A stretch of DNA of 64,000 nt from Mayamaea pseudoterrestris (taxonomy: Eukaryota), in contig BROI01000017.1 of the NCBI GenBank assembly GCA_027923505.1, positions 310,001-374,000 of the forward strand. Reading direction: 5' to 3'. The position numbers and the translations under genes are program-made. This document shows, one piece after another, positions 12,182 to 21,312 of this stretch. The notes below the pieces were generated by a model. That model did no database searches. It had not been told where the DNA came from and saw only the letters and a list, made by a program, of their open reading frames with translations. Each line of letters begins with the position of its first letter. Within the stretch, counting starts at the first letter, position 1.

Positions 12182-13054
12182 ATGCAGAAGAACGTGTGTG
12201 CCATCGCAGCCATGACGGCCCTTGTCCAGGGCACCCTGGCCTTTATGCCACTCCATCTTCGCGCCACTGTGCGTTCTAGTACATCGTCGAGCTTCATGTC
12301 CAATGGCGACGAGTCCACATCATGGTGGGGGCAGGCAGGTTCATTCAACGATGAACAAGTACAAACCTATGTAACGCCGCGCCGATCCAAACATGGCGCT
12401 CTTTACGACGGAGCTGATTCCATTATTGATTTAAGTAGATGGGACGATGGCACCTACGTCTATGACGAACCCTCCTATCGCAGCAGCACTGGCAGCGACA
12501 GCTCTTCCCGCGAGCGAAGCCATGACACATACGCTTCCTTTAGTCAACCATCTGATCGCAGCTACAACAATCAATACGCATACGCCGACGACCCACGCAC
12601 CTATCAATCATATTCTGGCTATGGCAACCGTCAAAGCGAGTTTTACGACGAGTCATCCGACTATGGCAAGAATTATTACGAAGAGCCCTACTTTGCTAGT
12701 GGTTACTCTGGTGAAAACTCTCGCAATCGCTTTGAATATGACGACGGCCATTACAATAGTCGACAATACTCAAATCAGAACCGCCAACGCTCGGGAAACA
12801 ACGATGAGTCCAGCTCATGGTGGGGCCAAAGTGCCGTGGTGAATGAGAATCAAGTGCAGACTTACGTCGGCAGCAGCGACTACTACCAGACTGACGCGCG
12901 CCCAGTGACGGAGTCCAACTCGTGGTGGTCGCAGGGAAACGTTTACAATGAGCAGCAGGTACAAACCTACACGCGGCCGTCGGCTGGTCAGTACTATGAG
13001 CCAATGCGAGATTACTATCGCGATGAGCAGCGAGAACCACAATACTACTACTGA
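12182..13054 (+). CDS. Plastid-targeted, low-complexity (Tyr/Ser/Asp/Gln/Asn/Gly-rich) disordered protein with 3 copies of SWW-x5-[FVY]N-x2-QVQTY
   Basis: Signal peptide MQKNVCAIAAMTALVQGTLA-FMP (ASAFAP-like) is followed by an Arg/Ser-rich transit peptide. Repeats lie at about 12320, 12815 and 12920. No globular domain is recognisable. Confidence 0.8.
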   Translation: MQKNVCAIAAMTALVQGTLAFMPLHLRATVRSSTSSSFMSNGDESTSWWGQAGSFNDEQVQTYVTPRRSKHGALYDGADSIIDLSRWDDGTYVYDEPSYRSSTGSDSSSRERSHDTYASFSQPSDRSYNNQYAYADDPRTYQSYSGYGNRQSEFYDESSDYGKNYYEEPYFASGYSGENSRNRFEYDDGHYNSRQYSNQNRQRSGNNDESSSWWGQSAVVNENQVQTYVGSSDYYQTDARPVTESNSWWSQGNVYNEQQVQTYTRPSAGQYYEPMRDYYRDEQREPQYYY

Positions 13055-13186
13055 GTAAATACAGTCGACCCCATATCCATCATAATCCACATTACTATTC
13101 GTCTCTTTGTTTACTTCTTTCGTCACTATCGAAGTACATGTAGTCGCTGCAAGGTGAGTTGTACAAGATAGCTTGGCCAAACCCTT

Positions 13187-13266
13187 TGACGTCGGTCCGG
13201 CACTCGCGGCTGACGTCACTAAGAGGTGCGGTTGGCGATTTTGAAAAACGATCACCATCATGACGC
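13187..13266 (+). promoter_or_regulatory. Cluster of CCRE/CRE-like bZIP elements upstream of the beta-carbonic anhydrase
   Basis: TGACGT at 13187-13192, palindromic TGACGTCA at 13211-13218 and TGACGC at 13261-13266, 210-290 nt before the ATG. These match the CO2/cAMP-responsive element hexamers known from the Phaeodactylum ptca1 promoter. Confidence 0.5.
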
Positions 13267-13474
13267 TAGCGGCGCTGCCGTCAAACAAGGAGTAGTGCAG
13301 CAAGACGACAGAGCGCGCCGACACTTTCTCCCTTGACAACGTTTTTGGGCTCTTCAAAGACCAGGCACTCGTACCAAAACCTCTTACCGTTTAGCAATTA
13401 ATCACCTCAAGCTGTTTACAAGAGAAGTTGATTTTTTAGAGCCAGGGACGCAATTAACCACTCTGGCATTAACG

Positions 13475-15667
13475 ATGAACACGAGGCAACTGTTGCTATG
13501 CTTTGCCGCAGTCTTGCAGGCACGCTATGTATCTTCGTTTCAGCCCCAGCCTTTATTATCGCATCGATTAAGAATGACAGAAGTAACAATGGCGTTGAAT
13601 GCTGAGAGCGACGAGAACTTTTCCGATATTCTAAAGGCCAATCAACAATGGAAGAATCGAATGCTAGCCAACAATCCCATGTATTTCAACATGATGAATA
13701 AGGAACAAGACCCAAAGTACTTGTGGATAGGTAAGTTGCATGCAGGCACTTCGCGACGCTCGCTGTTTGCTAAATTTCGAGAGTCACTCACCAGCCTATT
13801 ACCACTCCGTCCCAGGATGCACCGAAATGCGAATACCAGCGCATGATATTATTGGGCAAGATGCGAAAGATGTATTAGTATATCAGAACATGGCAAACAT
13901 GGTCTTGACGAATGACGCCAGCCTTCTGGCGGTACTGGATTATGCTGTAAAATCAAACATACAAGACGTTTTCGTTTGCGGCCACTATGACTGCAACAGC
14001 CTTCGATCCATGGCGATGCAACACCACCGGGGAATGCCTCTTGGAAACTGGCTGGGGAGTGTCCAGGACGTGTAAGTACACAATGATCATTTTTTGAGAG
14101 TGAATGAACTAGATCAACTCACACTTTTCTTCCATTTTCTCTCAGCTACCGACTCCATCAACAAGAATTGGACGCCATTGTCAATTCGGAGCAGCGACAT
14201 AGGCGGCTGGTTGAGCTCAATTCTCTTGAACAGTGCCGCAATCTGCAAAAGACTGGACTTTTGCGAGACAGCGTTCGTTTCCATGCATGCGTGTTTGATG
14301 CAGGCACTGGGGATCTGAAGCAAGTTAGTCAAGAGCCCGCTCGCGCAACGCACGACGCGCCGAGTGTTTCGACGAAAGAGCCTTTGAAGAAGGATGTGCC
14401 GTTGACACAGATGCTGCTGGGTAAGGCGAAACAATCGGCTGCCGCAGCAGACAATACGACGAGTTCAGACCCATTGCGAGCAACCCAGCAAGAATCTGCA
14501 ACGAAAAAGTTAGCTTCCGCAGAAAAGATTCCCTTGTCCAAAGTATCCCAAACTCCGACATTAGCGAAAGACTCAGCCGCTGTCCAATCTAATGAAAGGT
14601 CTGGCGCACCTCAGGAAATTCGACCCTTTTACGCAGAGAGGGGAAAGCGACCGTTCGCTGGCAATGGCAACGGTAACAAGCCAACGGAAGTCACCCAAAC
14701 AAATGGAAGTGTTGACGAGTTAAAAATGGAAGAAGAAGATGAACAGCGGGGATCGCGGTCGCAAGATAGGCAGCAACCGATACAAATGGAAGTAGCGGAT
14801 GAACAGCGGGGATCGGAATTACAAGCTAGGCAGCAACCGATGGAATATGTCGATCCTCGATGGGACCCTGAACTTGATCGGCAGCCAGAGCAGTATGACG
14901 ATTTTCAATACGACCAACCTCCATTTGACGACCGGGAAGATTTCCCGCCAATGCAAGGCTACCCAAGGGTAACGCCTGAGCCACAACGAAGCAGAGCCAA
15001 GCCAGACGCAGGGAGTAACGGAGCTTTCGACGAGGCCAATTCTTGGTGGGGTGAAACCTACGTCGTCAACAAAAACCAAGTACAAACCTATGTTAAGGTT
15101 CGTGAACAAAGTGACGCATATGATGATCCATACGACTTGGACGAGGCTGGGAACCGGCCTTTGAGCCCAGAAGGAATGAGGCTGCTAGTCGATGAAAAGA
15201 ACTCTCGTCGAGAAAGCGTTCCCTTAAATGATCCCGCGCAAGAACCAATGGGATCTTGGTGGAACAAAGGCAACGTATTTAACAAGGATCAAGTTCAAAC
15301 TTACGTAAAGCAGTCTCTTCGTGACATTGAGGAAGACGATAGACGCTTCGATGATTATGACGAATACAATAGTGGCTTGGACTATGCTGATGCTCTGGAC
15401 GATTACCGACCACCGCCGGAAGAATATGACCAGCGCATGTATGATACCAGAGAACAAGATCTCGGACCGCTTGGCTTTAATGAGGATTACCAAGACCAAA
15501 GGCAACAACTTCCTCGTCCGCCTCGCGACGAGCGAACAAAACCAACTGGTATAAACTTAACTGGAAGTGACGGTCCGGATTCATGGTGGGAAAAGGGAAG
15601 AGTCTATAACGAGGACCAAGTGCAAACTTATATAAAGAAAAGGCGAGATCCAGATGAGTCGAGATGA
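13475..15667 (+). CDS. Plastid-targeted beta-class carbonic anhydrase (divergent active site) with a long disordered C-terminal extension carrying 3 SWW...QVQTY repeats
   Basis: Introns at 13731-13815 and 14072-14145 restore QDPKYLWIG-CTEMRIP, VCGHYDC, WLGSVQDVYRLHQQELDAI and RRLVELNSLEQCRNL, all beta-CA signatures. Presequence ends VSS-FQP. Confidence 0.88.
14724..14841 (+). repeat. In-frame 60-bp tandem duplication within the CA tail
   Basis: aaatggaagaagaagatgaacagcggggatcgcggtcgcaagataggcagcaaccgat recurs 60 nt later as aaatggaagtagcggatgaacagcggggatcggaattacaagctaggcagcaaccgat. Confidence 0.9.
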
Positions 15668-15806
15668 GAGTTTCTAACCTTCTGTTACATTTAGTTACAT
15701 ATTTTTTTATCTCGCATTGAAGGTATGGTCAAAAAACATGCAGACAAATCGTCTAAAAATAAACATATTGAACGTTACTAATCATATACACTTTACTAAA
15801 TTGATA

Positions 15807-17238
15807 TTACAATGCCAGCGCTCCGTCAGCCAGCTCATTGACAATCGACTGAGTTGCCTGCAGGCCAATCTCGACCGCTCGCATGCCATCCTCGAGCGAA
15901 ACAAGCGGCGTCCATGTTCCATTTTCTTGGCACGTTGTCATAGCCTGTAGCAAGCGATACCATTCTACAGCAGTCGAGCTGTAGTGGTAGCCACCATGAG
16001 TGGGAATCGTCTGGTCAATGCCATGCACACTGCGAACGTCCGAGCAATCATAAACAATCTCCCGCTTGACGTGCTTTGGCGGCGGAACACTTCGATCGGC
16101 CCACTCGTCATGTGACGGACGTTGATACTGATATACCTTATTCTCCGGCAGGTACGCTTCGAGTCTTCCCCGTGTACCAGTGACAATGATTTCCTCCTGG
16201 TGTCGACTTCCTTCGGCGTACATGCAGAGCTCCAAACATCCAATGGTGTTGACCTTCGACTTACTGCGGTCGCTGCCATTCTGGGGCGGCACAAAGGGAA
16301 GTGTCACGTACGCTGAATCGAGAATGGGTACATCGTGCTGATCGTCTACCTCCGCTTCATAGTTTAAACCTCGCTGAGCCAAAGCCCGCACGTGTGAAAG
16401 GTTTGCCTCTTTGCGCGTAATGAGACGAAAGAGGTCAAAGAAATGGCAGCACTTTTCGACCAACGTGTCGCCTGCATTGAAAATGAATGTGGCGAGTCAA
16501 GCAATGAGAATGAATTTGGCCGACGACGCTATGACCCGTCCTTTTGTATGTTACACGACCATACCCCGGTTATAACTTACCCGTCTTGCTTCTATCTCGA
16601 TTCCAGTTGCCAATCTTATTGAGAAACGGATATCGATTCTCGCGAATAGTGACCATTTGAACTTCTCCCACCGTCGGCAAAAGCATCAACAACTGCTGTA
16701 CGGCTGGAATGAAGCGGTACTCCATGGCAATCCAAATCTTTGCCTTTGGCTGCATGTCTTGTAGCCGTAGCAGTTGCTCGTAAGATACAGCGACGGGCTT
16801 TTCGCACAAAATCGTCAGGTGCTCGTAGCGCGACCATTTCAATAGCTGAGGCGTGTGCAAGTAGTTGGGCGACGCAATAATGAGCAAGTCAATCTCATGG
16901 GCGTGCTGCAAAAGCTCATTCTCGTCATTGAACAGCTTTGGAAGCTTGACCATTGAATCACTAAAGTAATGTCCATTGTTGATACTTGATGTCACAATGG
17001 TCTTTGGCTGCTGGAACTCCTTCATGACTTGGAGGCATTTAGTCAATGATGGTTCATGAGGATCGCAGAGAAAGTCAAGTCGAGTCTGATTCGGATATCC
17101 CATAAGATAACTGACATGCTCCTGTCCCATCATGCCGCAGCCGAGAATTGCGCAGCGAAATACCTTGACGTTTGTCGTGTCATGCTCGACAATCAACGGG
17201 CTGTCACGAGGAGACGGAGTCTGGAGATTCGGAGGCAT
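15807..17238 (-). CDS. Gfo/Idh/MocA-family NAD(P)-dependent oxidoreductase (myo-inositol dehydrogenase-like)
   Basis: Motifs AILGCGMMGQEH, IASPNYLH, LCEKPV and MEYRF. An intron at 16580-16472 joins KTG-DTLVEKCCHFFDL. Confidence 0.88.
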
Positions 17239-17731
17239 CTTGAGCTTGCGAGAGAAACAAACAGGAGATAGGCTCTTGTAGTAAATGCAGTGTGGTAGGA
17301 GGTGATTCTCTCGTCGCTCAAATTGAAACCCGACTCGAGAGACCAAGATTTACTTGACGAAAGTGTCGTTGACGGCTTGTGTTGCCGAACAAGTGAGTGC
17401 GATGCCTCTCGCTCGCGTTTTGGCTTCGTCATCACGATTTGGAGCTCGCCAATCACGCTTGCTGCGCGGTCGTGAATACTCGATCGCCGAATCTTGCAAG
17501 AAGCTCAACATCAAAAGGTCCCGTGAGCTAATTGGGAAGGTCCGGGCGCACTATTGTTTGTAGATACCCAAATAACCTGCTAAGAGGTGGTGCAGCCAGC
17601 TGGGTCAACTCATATTTAACCTACTTTAACTGTAAGCAAGCAGTCGGAGTTAACCTTTAAACGATTGATTGCACGTCAACATGAGTGACTTTTGCAACAG
17701 CATGCTCGAGAAATTTGTCTCGTTGCAATCT

Positions 17732-18952
17732 TTAAATGCTTTTACCTTCGCCAGTCATTATCGATTTCACCAAAACTTCGTCGGCACCATTACTTTGCAG
17801 TCGCTCCAAAAACTCGTACAGCATGTCATGCACCAAATCGGCCCTCTCATCCATGGGGCAATGTCCCACTCCAGCCCATCCCGTGACTCGCTCCACGGGT
17901 GAATATTGCGTCAAGGCTTCGACGCGAGCGGCTGGCGTCCACGGATCCTCATGACCGTAGCAAACCCAGACTGGCTTGTTTGCCGGAAACGTTTGGAGCT
18001 GCTGCTCCGGCAACGGACCAGCAGAATAACTGAGCGTGTCAAACACGACGCGTGACGCTCCTTCCGTCAGCAGCGGATCGAGCAAGACTTGCACCAGTGT
18101 ATCGTCCACTTGCTCCTTGACAGCGTAGGGTACTTTGAGAATGTTCTTGACCGTGGCCGGCTTGGCCAGTGCATCAAACAAGCCTTGTCCCTGGTCACGA
18201 AGCCACGCTTGCTGAAATCTTATAATTGGCATGGCGAATTTGGAGTACGGTACTTCTGCCGAGTGCAGCTCGCGAAAGTTGGGTGCAATCACCATGACTC
18301 CACGATACAAGTCTGGTTGGTCAATGACGGCTTGAAGAGCTGAAATCGTTCCAATCGAGTTACAAACCAGCACTGCGTGCTGCTGCTGCTTGTTCATTGA
18401 CGAATCCTTCAATACAACGTCGCGACAAAAGTCGTTGATGAGGTTTGCCCACGTGAAAAAGTTGTACGGACTGTCAAGCGGATGCTTGAGATCCACGTCG
18501 CGTATGCGATTCCCTTTTCCATCCGCTGTTCCAAGCTTTACATTTTTGAGTATGGAATCGCTCGCAGTTGGAAACCTTTCTTGTTCGCCGTTGGTTTGTT
18601 GCGCCACGTCCGTCTCGCGAAAGGGCTTGGCGCTGTAGCCGCAGCCGTACAAGTCGAGCGCGTAAGCCTTGTATTTTGGAGTGTCAGCTGATGGAGCAGC
18701 TGCATTAACAAGCGTCTTTCGCCAATGATCCGAATTGCAGAATAGTCCATGAATAAGAATGACGGGTATTCCGTCATCCGGACCATTGACTTGATATCGA
18801 ATTTGTTGGTCAAACTTCCATTTGTATATTCGGTTCTCCAATCCAGTTGCAGGCGAGATTTTGGGTGGATCGTTTGAATGGAAACCACTGGTACAATTTA
18901 GTGTAATCAGAATGATGGTTATCTTCCAGTAAAAGACGAAGAAAGCCGCCAT
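17732..18952 (-). CDS. Alpha/beta-hydrolase (pheophytinase-like family), probably plastid-targeted
   Basis: Motifs LIHGLFCNSDHWRK, ALDLYGCGYS, nucleophile elbow CNSIG, YGHEDPW and GVGHCPMDE. Hydrophobic N-terminus ends TSG-F. Confidence 0.82.
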   Translation of the reverse strand: MAAFFVFYWKITIILITLNCTSGFHSNDPPKISPATGLENRIYKWKFDQQIRYQVNGPDDGIPVILIHGLFCNSDHWRKTLVNAAAPSADTPKYKAYALDLYGCGYSAKPFRETDVAQQTNGEQERFPTASDSILKNVKLGTADGKGNRIRDVDLKHPLDSPYNFFTWANLINDFCRDVVLKDSSMNKQQQHAVLVCNSIGTISALQAVIDQPDLYRGVMVIAPNFRELHSAEVPYSKFAMPIIRFQQAWLRDQGQGLFDALAKPATVKNILKVPYAVKEQVDDTLVQVLLDPLLTEGASRVVFDTLSYSAGPLPEQQLQTFPANKPVWVCYGHEDPWTPAARVEALTQYSPVERVTGWAGVGHCPMDERADLVHDMLYEFLERLQSNGADEVLVKSIMTGEGKSI

Positions 18953-19148
18953 GGTGGAGTTAGTTTGGAAGACGAATGAGGCATCGTTCATCGGTTTCGT
19001 CATGTCGCAGCAAGTAACGGTACGACGAGTTAGGGCATCGTACCGGTATTGTCCCTCCGCGCGGAAACGGCGGTCGCCATGGCGCATCGCCCAGTTTACA
19101 AGTTTACAACATAAATATACTCCTTCACGCCGAGCATACTATCCTAGC

Positions 19149-20042
19149 ATGGCATCGGATGCGGCAGCGATATTTGATTCCCTCTCGGCAACCTTTCCAG
19201 CTGACGATGACGACGACGATGAAGATGATTCCGATAATGAGGACCAAGACGAGGAAACAGATGCTGCTCCTGCAGCAGCACCCGTGGAGGACGAACCACC
19301 AGCCTCGCCCACTGACAATGAAGAGGCAGATCCGTCATCTTCCGACTATCACAAACCAATCACCTCTGTACCGACTCTAGATTTACTCTACGGATTGCGT
19401 GAATTAGGGCGGGAAGCTCTTTGCTGGCAGCTGAGTAGCGCCAAGCCAGGCAATGGCGTTGAGCAGTTGCTTGACGCTTCGCTCGATACGTACTGGCAGA
19501 GCGATGGCAATGCGCAGCCGCACTGGATTCAGCTCCACTTTGGACGCCGCGTCGCCATTAGTCATGTATGTCTCTATCTCGACTTCCAACTCGATGAGAG
19601 CTACACGCCGCGCAAGGTGATCGTTGAGATTGGACTGACGCAGCAAGACTTCATTCCAGCCTGTGCGCCCGTCGAGCTCATGGACCCGACTGGTTGGTGC
19701 ATCATTCCTCTTCAATCGCCACCTGATCCACTGGATGATCCGGTGCATGCCGACTCGCATCGAAACCTTGTCAAGACGCATCTCATCCGCGTTTCCGTCT
19801 TGTCCATGCATCAGAATGGACGCGACACGCACGTGCGACACATGCATTTGTATGGGCCACGCATCAACACCAATGTATTAATGGGAACGAACAACCAGGG
19901 TTTGGCGTGGGAGACGAGTTCGCCTGCGGCGGCGGCGGCGGATCAAAGCATGACGCCTGGCAGTGCTGAAAACAGACGCTTGAATCGTCGAGAGGTTGGC
20001 GAAAGCTTGGGTATGTTGCAAGCATTCTCTTCAATTCGATAG
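19149..20042 (+). CDS. APC10: Anaphase-promoting complex subunit 10 (DOC1)
   Basis: Motifs WQLSSAKPGNGVEQL, TYWQSDG, DESYTP and HQNGRDTHVR, with a C-terminal IR tail (SSIR). Confidence 0.95.
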   Translation: MASDAAAIFDSLSATFPADDDDDDEDDSDNEDQDEETDAAPAAAPVEDEPPASPTDNEEADPSSSDYHKPITSVPTLDLLYGLRELGREALCWQLSSAKPGNGVEQLLDASLDTYWQSDGNAQPHWIQLHFGRRVAISHVCLYLDFQLDESYTPRKVIVEIGLTQQDFIPACAPVELMDPTGWCIIPLQSPPDPLDDPVHADSHRNLVKTHLIRVSVLSMHQNGRDTHVRHMHLYGPRINTNVLMGTNNQGLAWETSSPAAAAADQSMTPGSAENRRLNRREVGESLGMLQAFSSIR

Positions 20043-20290
20043 CCTGGTGTAAATATACTGTCAAAGCTTTGCCTTGTAGAGGTTTTCTTTATTTTCTACG
20101 CAACCAAACTGCAATCACCTAAACTATTGCTTTTTAAGAGTAGGTTAAAAAATACGAAATATACTAAAGATTAATGTAAATTCGAGTGTGGCGACATTAT
20201 TTTAGCTGCAGATCTTCTCCTCTATCGTTTCGGAAACTTGCTCTTGGCCGCGGAGCAACAATGGTCCACAAAACGCAGTGAACCAGGCTT

Positions 20291-20362
20291 CTCCGTTTGT
20301 TCAGCATCCTCCCAAAGAGGATGCGTCATTCAGGCTTCGTGCAAGCTTGTTCAACAAACGAG
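20291..20362 (-). promoter_or_regulatory. Candidate non-canonical SECIS-like stem-loop in the 3' UTR of the Sec-peroxiredoxin
   Basis: Minus strand reads AUGAC-GCAUCCUC-uuugg-GAGGAUGC-UGAA, an AUGA..GA core around a perfect 8-bp helix. It is enclosed by CUCGUUUG/CAAACGGAG pairing and lies about 90 nt after the stop. The upper helix is short and has no apical AA. Confidence 0.45.
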
Positions 20363-20419
20363 TTAATTCACCAACAGCTGCCATTGCGAAATTACTACTC
20401 TACATGCATCGCTCGGCAG

Positions 20420-21144
20420 CTACGTGGCTGCTTTAATGGCTTTCATCATGGCTTCCGACAAAACGCTACTTGGATCCTTGTCTCCAGCGGGGTCATCCTC
20501 CGACTCGGCAACATGAATGACTTTGATGACTCCATCATCCGCATAAATGGCGTGACGCTTGCATCTATTATACAATCCCAATTCTTGCGGACCAGGATGA
20601 GTCATTTCCATGTCGAGTGCTCGCGTCAGATTGCCTGCTGGGTCCGCCATGAAAATGAGCATGGAAAGTCCAATCCTTTGATCCTTGGCCCAAGCCTGCA
20701 TGACGGCTGCATCATTTACCGCGTAAACAATAACATCACTGATTCCCAACTTGCGCAAGGCGTCTTGGTGCGCGAGATAGTCAGGGACTTGCTTTGTGGA
20801 TCAGGTGGGAGTGCTGTGTTAAAATGTGGAATTAAAAAAGCGTGCATGTTGTGAGCTTGAAATCCTATGATACCCAGCGTGCCAATTACGAGCAATACAA
20901 CTGCAATCACTTCAAGTGTAATGTATACTTACAAAGCTCCCGGCAATCCAAGCAAAAGAACCTTCTTTCCTTTCGCGTACTCGGCAAGGTTGTAATTCTT
21001 TGGTGGCCATCCAAGATGCAAATCCACCGACGGAAGCTTCTCGCCAACCGAGGCAAAGGACCGCAACCCGACGTGACGCGTCAAGCGTGACATTGACGCT
21101 TGATTCAAGAGAAACGTGGAGCTCCGGCAAAGAGCGCTCATCAT
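20420..21144 (-). CDS. Type II (Prx5-like) peroxiredoxin with in-frame TGA at the peroxidatic Cys; predicted selenoprotein, probably mitochondrial
   Basis: An intron at 20932-20814 (GTAAGT..CACAG) gives GLPGAF-TPT-[TGA 20803-20801]-STKQVPDY..VYAVND..AW..ADP..RCKR, in frame with ORF 20420..20758. The N-terminus is Arg/Ser-rich. Confidence 0.88.
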
Positions 21145-21312
21145 GGTGGAGTGGTGTGGTTGTGACGCATCGATCGAATGGTTCGCTTCGATCCTTCGAT
21201 GGAATGCTGTAGTCGTACCGGTACTGAATCTCAATGTCTTTCCGGTTTTTCTACGACATTACCATGACCGACGTCGAGACGCAGACCACTTCTTCTTCTT
21301 CTTCCTCTCACC

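Noticed and set aside
12320..15635. CRISPR-like or DNA-level repeat array explanation for the recurring WW...QVQTY units
   Set aside because: The copies differ at synonymous positions, are irregularly spaced and lie in frame within coding exons. The conservation is at the peptide level.
20801..20803. Peroxiredoxin as a nonsense pseudogene
   Set aside because: The only disruption is a TGA exactly at the catalytic Cys, with intact splice sites and downstream frame. Selenocysteine is the simpler explanation.
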